Part shown: piece after piece, positions 29,053-39,200 of the stretch
How positions within the stretch are numbered: the first letter of the stretch is position 1
How the letters are laid out: every line of letters begins with the position of its first letter
Assembly (NCBI GenBank): GCA_015069325.1
Contig: SVIV01000001.1
Span: 168,052-232,051, forward strand
DNA from: Clostridiales bacterium
GTDB taxonomy: Bacteria; Bacillota; Clostridia; Christensenellales; UBA1242
Direction: 5' to 3'
Length of the DNA stretch: 64,000 nucleotides
Notes under the pieces: model-generated
The model's database searches: none
Seen by the model: the letters and a program-made list of their open reading frames with translations, nothing else
What the model was told of the DNA's origin: nothing
Made by a program: the position numbers and the translations under genes

Positions 29053-31785
29053 ATGGGACTTTTTGGAAATCAGAACAAAGCACAAGTCAAAAAATTGAGA
29101 AAAATTGCAGACGAAGTTGTTGCATTAGAAGAAAAATATAAAGATTTTACCAACGAGCAACTTCGTGCTTGCACAGATGAATTTAAGGATAGATTAAAAG
29201 CAGGAGCCTCTCTTAACGATATTTTGCCTGAAGCATACGCTGTAGTGCGTGAAGCATCAACAAGAGTTTTGAATATGCGTCATTATTATGTTCAAATTCT
29301 TGGCGGTATCGCATTGCACCAAGGCAGAATTGCTGAAATGGCGACAGGTGAAGGAAAAACTCTCGTTGAAACATTGCCAGCATACCTTAATGCTCTTACA
29401 GGAGAAGGGGTGCATATTGTAACAGTAAACGAATACCTTGCAAAGCGTGATGCTGAATGGATGGGTAAGGTTTACAAATTTTTAGGTCTTACGGTTGGCG
29501 TTATTTTAAATGAACAAAATGATGAACAAAAGAGAAAGGCATATCTTTGTGATATCACTTACTGCACAAACAACGAATTAGGCTTTGATTATCTTCGTGA
29601 TAATATGGCCAGAAGTGCAAACGAAAGAGTTCAAAGGGGATTAAAGTTTGCTGTTGTCGATGAAGTTGACTCAATTCTTATTGACGAAGCAAGGACTCCG
29701 CTTATCATCAGCGGAAAAGGCAATAAATCGTCTGATGGATATGTTATTGCTCAACAATTTGTAAACACTCTTAGTAGAGAAGATGATGTTGATATTGACA
29801 TCAAAACAAAACAAATCATTTTAAGTGAACAAGGCGTGTCAAAGGCTGAAGCATACTTTAATATTGACAACCTTTCAGATATCAATCACTTAGAACTCAA
29901 CCACAACATCAATAATGCTTTAAGGGCAAACTTTATTATGAAAAGAGATGAAAACTACATTGTAAAAGATGGCGAAGTAATCATCGTTGATGAATTTACA
30001 GGGCGTCTTTCAAAAGGCAGAAGATTCTCTTCAGGCTTGCACCAAGCCATTGAAGCAAAAGAAGGGGTTGAAATTAAGGACGAAAATCAAACACTTGCCA
30101 CAATTACATTCCAAAACTTCTTCCGTTTATACTCAAAACTTTCTGGTATGACAGGAACAGCAAAGACTGAAGAAAGCGAATTTAGGTCAATTTACAGTCT
30201 TGACGTTGTTGAAATTCCACCAAACAGAACAAGACAAAGAGTTGACTATCCGGATATTATGTATGTTACTGAAAATGGCAAGATTCCTGCCATTATTGAA
30301 GACATTAAAGAGTGTCAAGAAAAGGGCAGGCCAGTCCTAGTGGGAACAATCAACATTGATAAGAGCGAAATGATTTCTAAACACCTGAAAAATGCCGGGA
30401 TTAAGCACCAAGTATTAAACGCTAAAAACAATGAAAAAGAAAGTGAAATTGTGGCTCAAGCAGGCAGAAAAGGTGCAGTAACAATTGCTACCAATATGGC
30501 AGGTCGTGGAACGGATATTTTGCTTGGCGGAAACCCTGAATTTATGGCTACAAAAGAGATGAGAGATCAAGGTTACAGCGAAGACGAAATCTCTTATGCA
30601 ACAGCCTTCAACTATGTTGAAGATGAAGCATTAAATAAAGCCAGAGAAGTTTACACTCAATTATATAAAAAACACAAAGAAGTTACTGACAAAGAGAAAG
30701 AAGAAGTGAAATCTCTCGGTGGACTTCATATTATAGGAACAGAAAGACACGAATCACGTCGTATTGATAATCAGCTTCGTGGTCGTGCAGGCCGTCAAGG
30801 AGACCCAGGTTCAAGCGTATTCTATCTCTCTTTAGATGATGATCTTTTCAAGAGATTTGCTACGGATAGACTCAGAAGTTTGTTTGCATTTTTCAAGATT
30901 GACGATTCAACGCCACTTCAAGTAAAAATGATTGCAAAACAAATTGAAGCATCTCAAAGAAAGATTGAAATTATGAACTTTGGTCAAAGAAAAAGCGTTC
31001 TTCAATTTGACGATGTTATGAATAAGCAAAGAGAAATCATTTACGCAGAAAGAAACAAAGTTCTTGACGGACAACCTGTTCACCAAGAAATTATGGATAT
31101 GTATCCAGAAGTAGTTGAAAAAATGGTTCGTAAGGTTATTAATGATGATAAACCTTATTACGAATGGGATTTAGAAGCCCTTCAAAATGAACTTGAAAAG
31201 GGTATGATTCCAAAAGATAGCAACATAATCACAGAAGAATTTATTGAAGGTTGTGATGTTCAAGATGTTGTTGATAAGGTCCTTGAAGATATTTACAAAC
31301 GTTATGACCAAAAAGTTAAAGATGTTGCGGAAATGGGCGTAAACTATGAAGATGTTGAAAGAAATATTCTTCTTCGAATGGTAGATGTTCACTGGATTAG
31401 CCAAATTGAAAGTATGCAAATTATGAAAGATGAAATTATTTCTCGTCAATTTGGGCAACAAGACCCAGTAATTGCATACAAAAAAGAAGGTTTTGAAATG
31501 TTTGATAATATGATTGAAAAAATCAGGGAAAACACTTGCAAAATCTTGCTTAATCTTCAGGCTAAACAAGAACAGCCACAACCAGTTCAGCCATCATATA
31601 CCGTTAATTTTGTCGGCAAAGAGCTTACCGCAGAAGAAAAGGCTCAAGCACAAGCAAAAGGCAAGCTTCAAGTGCAAAAAACAGTAGTAAATGAAGGCCC
31701 AAAGACAGGAAGAAATGATCCTTGTCCTTGCGGAAGTGGAAAGAAATATAAAAATTGTTGCTGGGCAAAGGACAACGCAAACTAA
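29053..31785 (+). CDS. secA: Preprotein translocase ATPase SecA
   Basis: The track ORF starts at 28993. I prefer ATG 29053 (MGLFGNQNK..., GAAGGAG RBS). MATGEGKTLV, DEVDSILIDEARTPLIIS, TNMAGRGTDI, C-terminal zinc motif CPCGSGKKYKNCC. Confidence 0.95.
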   Translation: MGLFGNQNKAQVKKLRKIADEVVALEEKYKDFTNEQLRACTDEFKDRLKAGASLNDILPEAYAVVREASTRVLNMRHYYVQILGGIALHQGRIAEMATGEGKTLVETLPAYLNALTGEGVHIVTVNEYLAKRDAEWMGKVYKFLGLTVGVILNEQNDEQKRKAYLCDITYCTNNELGFDYLRDNMARSANERVQRGLKFAVVDEVDSILIDEARTPLIISGKGNKSSDGYVIAQQFVNTLSREDDVDIDIKTKQIILSEQGVSKAEAYFNIDNLSDINHLELNHNINNALRANFIMKRDENYIVKDGEVIIVDEFTGRLSKGRRFSSGLHQAIEAKEGVEIKDENQTLATITFQNFFRLYSKLSGMTGTAKTEESEFRSIYSLDVVEIPPNRTRQRVDYPDIMYVTENGKIPAIIEDIKECQEKGRPVLVGTINIDKSEMISKHLKNAGIKHQVLNAKNNEKESEIVAQAGRKGAVTIATNMAGRGTDILLGGNPEFMATKEMRDQGYSEDEISYATAFNYVEDEALNKAREVYTQLYKKHKEVTDKEKEEVKSLGGLHIIGTERHESRRIDNQLRGRAGRQGDPGSSVFYLSLDDDLFKRFATDRLRSLFAFFKIDDSTPLQVKMIAKQIEASQRKIEIMNFGQRKSVLQFDDVMNKQREIIYAERNKVLDGQPVHQEIMDMYPEVVEKMVRKVINDDKPYYEWDLEALQNELEKGMIPKDSNIITEEFIEGCDVQDVVDKVLEDIYKRYDQKVKDVAEMGVNYEDVERNILLRMVDVHWISQIESMQIMKDEIISRQFGQQDPVIAYKKEGFEMFDNMIEKIRENTCKILLNLQAKQEQPQPVQPSYTVNFVGKELTAEEKAQAQAKGKLQVQKTVVNEGPKTGRNDPCPCGSGKKYKNCCWAKDNAN

Positions 31786-31794
31786 AAATAAAAA

Positions 31795-31826
31795 AGAGAC
31801 AAAAATGAAAAATTGTCTCTTTTTGT
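31795..31826 (+). terminator. Intrinsic terminator after secA
   Basis: AGAGACAA aaatgaaaaa TTGTCTCT followed by TTTTGTTTTG. Confidence 0.6.
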
Positions 31827-31872
31827 TTTGAAATTATAAAAAATTGTGTTAGAATTGACACAAGGAGATTTT

Positions 31873-32151
31873 ATGAAGAGTTTTGTTTATCCCGCTATTT
31901 TTGTTAAAGATAGTGAAGATGAAAGCTATAAAGTGCTTTTCCCGGACCTTGAAATTACTACAGATGGTGCATTTGTAGAAGAAGCTTTTTTATACGCTAA
32001 AGAGCTTTTAAAGGCATATTTTGTTGCAATTATGAAATATGACCTTGATTTTAATATGCCTACCGATTTTGATAAGGTAAAAAAAGCGTCAAAACCAAGC
32101 GATTTAGTTATGCTGATTAGTGCAGATGTTACAAAAAAAGACATTGCATAG
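31873..32151 (+). CDS. HicB-like antitoxin N-terminal-domain protein (solitary)
   Basis: 92 aa from ATG 31873 (AAGGAG RBS). FVYPAIFVKDSEDESYKVLFPDLEITTDGAFVEEAFLYAKELLKAY follows the HicB-like pattern YP...E.D...Y.V.FPDL....G....EA...A.E.L. No DNA-binding C-domain and no adjacent HicA. Confidence 0.55.
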   Translation: MKSFVYPAIFVKDSEDESYKVLFPDLEITTDGAFVEEAFLYAKELLKAYFVAIMKYDLDFNMPTDFDKVKKASKPSDLVMLISADVTKKDIA

Positions 32152-32193
32152 CTTATTTATAAAAAAATATATTAAAAATTTAGTTTTAAATTG

Positions 32194-32225
32194 TTGACAA
32201 AACAAAGAATATGTGATAATATAAT
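32194..32225 (+). promoter_or_regulatory. Strong sigma-A-type promoter for rpmG-secE-nusG
   Basis: TTGACAAAACAAA...ATAATATAAT. TTGACA, 17 nt, TAATAT, with an upstream TG. Confidence 0.6.
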
Positions 32226-32274
32226 GCTAGCACTTCGTTCGGAGGTGTTAGTTTTTTGTTAGGAGAAAAGAAAT

Positions 32275-32436
32275 ATGGCATTACCAAAACGTAAAAATAT
32301 TATTCTTGCTTGCACAGAGTGTCAGGAAAGAAACTATGCATCAAGCAAAAATACAGCGGCAAATCCAGAAAGAATTGAAATTACAAAATTCTGCTCTCGT
32401 TGTGGAAAAAGAACAGTTCACAAAGAAACCAAATAA
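32275..32436 (+). CDS. rpmG: 50S ribosomal protein L33
   Basis: Below the track size cut-off. My translation is [53 protein letters not shown] (53 aa, CxxC...CxxC). AGGAGAAAAG RBS. Conserved position before secE. Confidence 0.9.
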   Translation: MALPKRKNIILACTECQERNYASSKNTAANPERIEITKFCSRCGKRTVHKETK

Positions 32437-32450
32437 TAATGGGGGAAAGT

Positions 32451-32798
32451 ATGTCTAAAAAAAATAAGACTCAAGTGCAAGAACCAAAAACAAACTTGCA
32501 AGCAGAAGTTGAATCAGCACAGCAAGTTGAAGTAGCAAAAGCTTCAAAAGAGCCTGCTGTGGTTAAAGCTGAAAAAAAGCAAAAAATGGAGAAAAACAAG
32601 AAAAACCCTAAAGAAAAAGGCAAATTCAAAAAGAAAGCTAAGGAAACTATTTCTGAAATCAAAAAGGTTACTTGGCCAACATTCGGTGAAGTTTGTAAAC
32701 GCACAGGTGTAGTTCTTGTTGTAGTTCTTGTTTTCGCGCTTGTTATTTTCGGTATTGACTATGGTTTAGGTGCTTTAGTTGGTTTGTTGAGAGGTTAG
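32451..32798 (+). CDS. secE: Preprotein translocase subunit SecE with a long K/E-rich N-terminal extension
   Basis: Preferred start is ATG 32451 (MSKKNKTQ...). The C-terminal core is ETISEIKKVTWPTFGEVCKRTGVVLVVVLVFALVIFGIDYGL. Synteny rpmG-secE-nusG. Confidence 0.85.
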   Translation: MSKKNKTQVQEPKTNLQAEVESAQQVEVAKASKEPAVVKAEKKQKMEKNKKNPKEKGKFKKKAKETISEIKKVTWPTFGEVCKRTGVVLVVVLVFALVIFGIDYGLGALVGLLRG

Positions 32799-32799
32799 T

Positions 32800-33423
32800 A
32801 TGGAAGAAAAAGACATTGTAAATGATATCCAAAGTGAAGAAGTGGTTGAAACGGCTACAGCGAAAACAGAAGACGAACAATCTTATCAAGAATTTGTTGA
32901 TTCTTTAGAAGCAAAATGGTATGCTCTTCACACTTTTTCAGGATATGAAAATGTAGCAAAAGAAAACCTTGAAACTGTTGTAGAAAAATTTAATCTTCAA
33001 GATAGAATTTTTGATATCATCATTCCTATGGAAGATGTTGTTGAAGAAAAAAATGGAAAAAAGAAACTGGTTCAAAGAAAGTCAATGCCTTGTTATATCT
33101 TAGCTAAGATTAAATATGCTGATGACATTTGGCACAACATTATTCACACACGTGGGATTACAGGTTTTGTAGGGCCACAAGGTCGTCCACTTCCACTTCG
33201 TCCAGATGAAGTAATGAAACTTAGACTTGAAAAAATTAAAGTTGAAGTTGACGTTGAAGCGGGAGATAGCATTGAAATTGTTGACGGTGCACTTAACGGA
33301 ATGATTGGAAAGGTTGCTTCTGTAAACACTGAAACAGGAATTGCATCAGTAAATGTTGAAATGTTTGGAAGAGAAACTGCGGTTGACGTAGAACTTGCAC
33401 AAATTAGAAAAATCAATAATTAA
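32800..33423 (+). CDS. nusG: Transcription termination/antitermination factor NusG
   Basis: 207 aa. WYALHTFSGYENVAKENLE (NGN domain), GFVG, KOW GDSIEIVDGALNGMIGKV. About 35-aa acidic N-terminal extension. Confidence 0.9.
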   Translation: MEEKDIVNDIQSEEVVETATAKTEDEQSYQEFVDSLEAKWYALHTFSGYENVAKENLETVVEKFNLQDRIFDIIIPMEDVVEEKNGKKKLVQRKSMPCYILAKIKYADDIWHNIIHTRGITGFVGPQGRPLPLRPDEVMKLRLEKIKVEVDVEAGDSIEIVDGALNGMIGKVASVNTETGIASVNVEMFGRETAVDVELAQIRKINN

Positions 33424-33537
33424 ATTGGTATATCGCGATTAATTCGCTTATTATACACTCGGAATGGAAACCATTTCGTTTTAAATCGTGGGAGAAAGGA
33501 ACTGCACCTTTCATTACACCACTAAAGGAGGATAAAA
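33424..33537 (+). promoter_or_regulatory. Structured nusG-rplK intergenic leader (possible L11-operon leader)
   Basis: Two hairpins: CGGAATGG aaa CCATTTCG (33460-33478) and GTGG..GAAAGG aactgca CCTTTC..CCAC (33488-33522), just upstream of the AAAGGAGG RBS. Function not established. Confidence 0.3.
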
Positions 33538-33969
33538 ATGGCAGAAAAGAAAATCGCTGCGGTTGTAAAATTACAACTTCCAGCAGGTAAAGCAACTCCA
33601 GCACCTCCAGTAGGTTCAATCTTAGGACCTCACGGGATCAACCTTGGAATGTTTACCAAAGAATTTAATGATAAGACTGCATCTCAAGCAGGACTTATTA
33701 TTCCAGTAGTAGTTACTATCTATGCTGATAGAAGCTTCTCATTCGTACTCAAAACTCCACCAGCAGCCGTTCTTATTAAGAAGGCAATTGGTCTTGAAAA
33801 GGGTTCTGCAGTACCAAACAAAACAAAAGTCGGAAAAATCACAAAGTCTCAAATCAGACAAATCGCAGAAACTAAGATGCCAGATCTCAACTGCACAACT
33901 ATTGAATCTGCAATGTCTATGATTGCTGGTGCAGCTCGTTCTATGGGCGTTACAGTAGTTGAAGACTAA
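33538..33969 (+). CDS. rplK: 50S ribosomal protein L11
   Basis: 143 aa. [36 protein letters not shown]. Confidence 0.95.
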   Translation: MAEKKIAAVVKLQLPAGKATPAPPVGSILGPHGINLGMFTKEFNDKTASQAGLIIPVVVTIYADRSFSFVLKTPPAAVLIKKAIGLEKGSAVPNKTKVGKITKSQIRQIAETKMPDLNCTTIESAMSMIAGAARSMGVTVVED

Positions 33970-33980
33970 GGAGGAAATAG

Positions 33981-34664
33981 ATGAAAAAAGTTGCAAAAAG
34001 ACTCGCACAATCATCAGAAATGATTACTCAAAAATCTTATGATGTTGAAACAGGAATTGAAACTCTTCTTTCTCTTCCAAAAGCTAAGTTTGATGAAACA
34101 GTTGAACTTCACGTTAAACTTGGTGTTGACGGTAAAAATGCAGACCAACAAGTAAGAGGTGTTTGCGTGCTCCCACACGGAACAGGAAAATCTCTTAAAG
34201 TTCTTGTTATCGCTAAAGGCGACAAGGCAGACGATGCTGTTAAAGCTGGTGCTGATTATGTTGGTGCAGAAGAAATCGTTGCAAAAATTCAAGGCGGTTG
34301 GTTAGATTTTGACGTTTGTATCACTACACCTGATATGATGGGTGTTGTTGGTAGAGTTGCTAGAGTGCTTGGACCTAAAGGTCTTATGCCAAATCCAAAG
34401 AGCGGAACTGTTACTATGGACGTAGCAAAAGCTATCAGCGATGCTAAAGCAGGTAAAGTTGAATATAGACTTGATAAGACAAATAACGTTCACGTTATTA
34501 TCGGAAAAGTAAGCTTTGGTAAAGAAAAATTGGTTGACAACTTCAATACAGTTATTGAAGCACTTGTTAAAGCAAAGCCAGCTGCTGCTAAAGGACAATA
34601 CTTGAGAAATATTTCTATTGCTTCAACTATGGGCAGAGGAATTAAAATCAACGTTGTTATGTAA
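33981..34664 (+). CDS. rplA: 50S ribosomal protein L1
   Basis: 227 aa. [42 protein letters not shown]. Confidence 0.95.
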   Translation: MKKVAKRLAQSSEMITQKSYDVETGIETLLSLPKAKFDETVELHVKLGVDGKNADQQVRGVCVLPHGTGKSLKVLVIAKGDKADDAVKAGADYVGAEEIVAKIQGGWLDFDVCITTPDMMGVVGRVARVLGPKGLMPNPKSGTVTMDVAKAISDAKAGKVEYRLDKTNNVHVIIGKVSFGKEKLVDNFNTVIEALVKAKPAAAKGQYLRNISIASTMGRGIKINVVM

Positions 34665-34675
34665 TGCTTTATAAG

Positions 34676-34701
34676 AAAACTTCCATTTTGGAAGTTTTTT
34701 T
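34676..34701 (+). terminator. Intrinsic terminator after rplA
   Basis: AAAACTTCC atttt GGAAGTTTT followed by TTT. The operon ends here instead of continuing into rplJ. Confidence 0.75.
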
Positions 34702-34772
34702 ATTGTCAAAAATCAACAAAAATAAAAAACTTATTTTAATAAGTAACATTTTTTTAAATTTTTTGAAATTGC

Positions 34773-34801
34773 TTGACTTCCCACCCCCTGCATTTTATAA
34801 T
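34773..34801 (+). promoter_or_regulatory. Sigma-A-type promoter for the DUF285-like surface protein gene
   Basis: TTGACT, 17 nt (C-rich spacer), TATAAT. Confidence 0.55.
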
Positions 34802-34847
34802 AAAAATGTTCGAAAGAATTAATTTTTATAAAAAGGGGAAAAACGAA

Positions 34848-36101
34848 ATGGCAAAACAAGTTTCAAGCAAAAAATTCAAAACGACGGTTGTTTCATTATG
34901 CCTTGGCTTTTTAATGGTTGTGGGTGCTGTGATTGGCGTATGGGCAGCAAGCACACAAAACTATAAAGCAGGATTTAATGTAAGTTACTCAGTAGGCGAC
35001 AACGTAGCAGCAAAGGTCAGGACAGAGTATTATGTTCCAAATGCAGATTATGACTCAAATGGAGTTGAAGATGGAGCGCACACAGTGACTACAAATGAAG
35101 CGGGCGATACAGTAACAGGCGAAGATGGATATGTAACATTTAATGCAGGAGATAGTAATGAAACAGGTGCAGAAGTGTATATTGGAGATTTTGGTCTTAC
35201 TCCACAAACACCAAAAGTAATTTTCTATTTTACAATCCATAATCTTATTGAAACAGACGGCAGTTATATTCAGGTGATTGTAGATGAAACCTATACATCG
35301 AGAGAAAATGTAACAGTTAAAACAACATACTTAAATCCAGAATCATTTACGCTTACATCTTCAGCATCAACAATGTCAGCTGATGATTATACAAACAAAC
35401 AATATGACAATGTTTCAGCACAAGGGTATAAAATTATTAGGGTTGAGATTGCAGTTCGCAATCAAAATAAATCAGCTTCTATTGAAGGGGATATTGGTTT
35501 AGGACTTTACTATCACGAAAAAGAACAAAGCGTGTCAATCTTAAGTTTTGAGAAATTTTATTATTATTCCATTGAGTGTGGTGAAGCAAATCGTTTTGAT
35601 TACATTCAAAATAAACCATCATTAGCAACAACAGGAATAGATCTTTCAGAAGAAGGAGATGGAAGTATTTGGGGTAAAGACTCTTATATTCTTTCTTATA
35701 ACACAATATTATTGCCGGCCAATGCTGCTTGTTTTTTTCAAGTCGTGATGGATTATGACAGTATGTATTATCCATTTTATCCAGATTCCTTTGGTATGAC
35801 AGAAGAAGAATTTATGGAAATGGACATTCACAGGTATCAATTTCAGGATAGGTTTATATTCAATAATCTAGACACATCACAAGTGACTAATATGGCGAAT
35901 TTATTTTCAGTGTCTGAGTCAGGCGACTATGAGCCTTTTGAAGAGTGTTTGACTACTTTAGATTTATCAATGTTTGACACAACAAATGTAACGAATTATG
36001 CTAATATGTTTGCAGGTCGATCTATAGAAACAGTATATATCGGCGATAAATGGACTCTTGATGTTTCAGAATATACAGATATTAATTTTATAAGAGTTTA
36101 A
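34848..36101 (+). CDS. Secreted or membrane-anchored protein with C-terminal DUF285/BspA-like repeats
   Basis: Preferred start is ATG 34848 (MAKQVSSKKFKTTVVSLCLGFLMVVGAVIGVWAAS, a signal or anchor sequence). The C-terminus carries FNNLDTSQVTNMANLFS and LDLSMFDTTNVTNYANMFAG, which match the DUF285-type motif (F.N.D.S.WDxSxVTNMxxMF). Confidence 0.7.
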   Translation: MAKQVSSKKFKTTVVSLCLGFLMVVGAVIGVWAASTQNYKAGFNVSYSVGDNVAAKVRTEYYVPNADYDSNGVEDGAHTVTTNEAGDTVTGEDGYVTFNAGDSNETGAEVYIGDFGLTPQTPKVIFYFTIHNLIETDGSYIQVIVDETYTSRENVTVKTTYLNPESFTLTSSASTMSADDYTNKQYDNVSAQGYKIIRVEIAVRNQNKSASIEGDIGLGLYYHEKEQSVSILSFEKFYYYSIECGEANRFDYIQNKPSLATTGIDLSEEGDGSIWGKDSYILSYNTILLPANAACFFQVVMDYDSMYYPFYPDSFGMTEEEFMEMDIHRYQFQDRFIFNNLDTSQVTNMANLFSVSESGDYEPFEECLTTLDLSMFDTTNVTNYANMFAGRSIETVYIGDKWTLDVSEYTDINFIRV

Positions 36102-36104
36102 ATA

Positions 36105-36134
36105 AAAAATCACGGAATTTTCCGTGATTTTTTT
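36105..36134. terminator. Bidirectional terminator shared by the two convergent surface protein genes
   Basis: AAAAATCACGG aatttt CCGTGATTTTT. Confidence 0.7.
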
Positions 36135-36210
36135 ACTCTAGGTATAAATTTATTTTGCTATTCAATAAAGTAAATATTTTGTATTTAAAAGTAATGAAAA
36201 CTAAGTTTTT

Positions 36211-39200
36211 TTATTTTACTTTTTGGCGTTTTCTGAGTTTAATTGTAATAAATACAACTGCACTAAACGCTATTACTCCAAGCACAATTGCTAAGATTGC
36301 AAAGGTGTTAAGTGGATCATTTTTAATTACTTTGTATGAATACAACAAATATCCGCCTTGAGTATAAACTTGAATGTAATATGTGCCTGCTCCTGAAAGG
36401 GTGATTGTGTCAACTTCGCCATAAGTCTCAATATTTTCATTAGTATAGTCTTTTCTTAAATTGCCGATTTTGATATAACAATCACCAACCGTTTTATAGA
36501 AGTTTGCAACATTGATTTTGATTGTAATATTGCTTGTTGTTGTGCTTCCTTCAGAAACAGAGACGTAAACAGGTGGTTTTGCCATATTAATCCAAAGTGA
36601 GAATGTGAAAGATTCTCCTATAATCGCACTATACTGTGGATTATTTGTATTGATAGTAATTTGGTATCTTCCGTCGCCTGTTTTTTCGTCAAGGTGATTG
36701 AGAGTAATAGATGAAAGATAAACATTGTTTCCAATTACAATAGTTTTAAAGTTATTAAAATCAATTAAATCTTGTGTTACATCTTTTCCATCTTTCATTA
36801 CATTTTCAATATAATAATTGCTATATTCAGAAAATTCAAATGCATAACGAGATTCATTTTTATTTACGATTGTAAAAGTGAATGTTTCTTCTCTAATAGG
36901 AATATTTGTGCTTGAAACTGCACTAAAGCTAACTTTATAATACCCTGGTTGAGAGAATGAGTAAGTATTATTTTCTGGGGTTACTTTAATTTCTTCACCA
37001 TTTCTTGTGGCTTTAATTGTAATGAGTGCAGAAGGTAAGTAATAAGACGATGTATTTGTAAGTTTTAGTTTAACTTCACTGTTGTAAACTGCTTTTTGTA
37101 TTGGGGCAGTTACAATTTCTTCTCCAGCATCATTTGTTGTGATTACTTCAAATGGAACGCTTGAAAGGAATGTAATTTCAACGAATTCATATCCGTTGTA
37201 AGTTGCTCCGTTAAATGCTTGTGAATTTGCAGGAGTGCAGGAGTCAAGAAGTTGAAGATAATACGTTCCCGCCATATCGATTTCAATATATGAAATGTTG
37301 CTTGTTTTGCTTTGCTTTGGTTGTAAATCAAGTTTAACTGGATTGTTGTTATGAATTTTATATACAACAGGAATAAGCACATTTTGTTCTATTTCAAAAT
37401 ATGTAGAGAAAGAAATTTTAAGTTTATTAAAGTTTCCTTCAGTATCTTTATCTGCAACAATGAAAGCATTTGATCCGTTTTTAAGAGAAATAGTTTCACC
37501 AGATGGCAATTCGTAAGTTACAGTATTTGCAATATTTGAAGTAGGGGAGATGTAAATTAGGACAAAGTCGCCTTTTGCTTCCGAACAAGAGAATGTGTAA
37601 ATTTCTGTTACGACAGTCCCCCTAGAAACTTCTGGGTCGTCTGTGCCAGTAATTATGTTGCCATTGTAAATAGTAGTAGTTTTTGTGCATTCAACATTAA
37701 GTTCTTTATTTAAGTGAATCACAAGACTGTTCTTTTTATCTGTATAGTCAAGAGAAACAATATATGTTACTTCATATTCTTGCCCTGAAGCGTCTTTATA
37801 TTTAATACCGTTTGATTTTGTTGCTTGTTGTCCATCAATAGTAATGTAATAATAAGATGATTCTGAATCAAGAATGGTCAGTTCAAACATTTTGTATGTG
37901 TTTGAAAGTAATGTTTCGTCATTGTAAGTAATTAAAATGTAATAAGTTCCAATGCCTGAAATTCTATGCGAAATATATTGATTTAATGTTTCAACTCCAT
38001 TAATATTTTCCCACGTATTTCCATTGTCAGAAGATAGGAAAATGCTGAAAGTTAAAACTTTATTATATGCTTCTGTGTATGATGCATTGTGGACATATAA
38101 TCCATTTGGGAACTGAATTGTTACATTTCTTGAATAAGTAGTAATGGTTGTTGCAGGTCCAGAATACAACTTTCCATCTTTGTAAAGGTTGAGAAGTATT
38201 GGGTTTGCATCGTTATCGGCTTTAATGTTGTCAGACCCGATATTTTTGTGATTCTTGTCTAAGAATACAATTCCATAATTTTCGTTTGTAATGTCATTGC
38301 TACTATTATTTGATTCTTTATTTATATTTGGTAATGTGTTGAGAATTCTAAGGTAAACAGTTTTGATAGGTTTATCAGTGGCAGCGCCATCGATATCTCG
38401 TAATTCAATTTTTATATATCCGTTATAATAACTATTTGTATTTGGTAATAATTCAATTTTTCCTTTAACTCCATTGTGATAGCCAACATTGAAATAAACA
38501 TCACCTTCTATAATCGATGCAGTATAAATAGCAGGATTATATGTATAGTAAAGTGCTTTATTTGAAACATAAGATGTTCCATCTACATCATATACTGTAT
38601 AAATTTTAGAATCTGATTTAATTTCTTCTTCTGCATTACTACCGGTTAAGATAATAATTGATTGCTCGTTGTTAAAGTTGTCTGTGATGATAAATTTAAC
38701 CCTAGTATTTTCTCCGATTGATTTCGCAGAAACGAGAAGTTTGTTTATTGTTGCAGAAGATGCTGTTGAAATGGCAATAAATTCATTGTTTGAGTTTGTT
38801 TCATCATCTGCAGTCCATACGCCAAAAGAAGTTTGACTGAATGAAGCAAAATCTTTCCATTCTCCAAGATAAGTTTGAATTGTTATATTGACTGGATAAA
38901 CATATCCTTTGCTAGTGCTTTGCATTTGTTGTGTAGATGGAATATTTATTCCAATCTTTGCTTCATCGTTTTGCACTCCGCCTGTTTCTTTTGCAATCAC
39001 AAGAGAAGAATCTAAAACAGTGATATAGCAAAGTTGTTCAGCGCCTGTCAATTGATTTGAAAGCGTCAGAATGTGTTTATCATTTGAAGAAGTATTAATA
39101 GTTGTTACATTTTCAAGCGATTCTTCGCTATAAGATGCAATTCCATTTGAATAAGTGATTTTATAAACAACATTTTCACTTAAGAATGGAGATTTAAAGT

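Noticed and set aside
31786-32274. HicA toxin partner for the HicB-like gene
   Set aside because: The flanks are occupied by the secA terminator and the rpmG promoter and RBS. No ORF of 50-70 aa with a HicA-like sequence is present on either strand.
36155-36361. 68-aa plus-strand ORF at the 3' end of the giant surface protein gene
   Set aside because: It overlaps the C-terminal TM-anchor coding region of the 2,793-aa gene in antisense and has no RBS. Its hydrophobic translation mirrors the TM segment.
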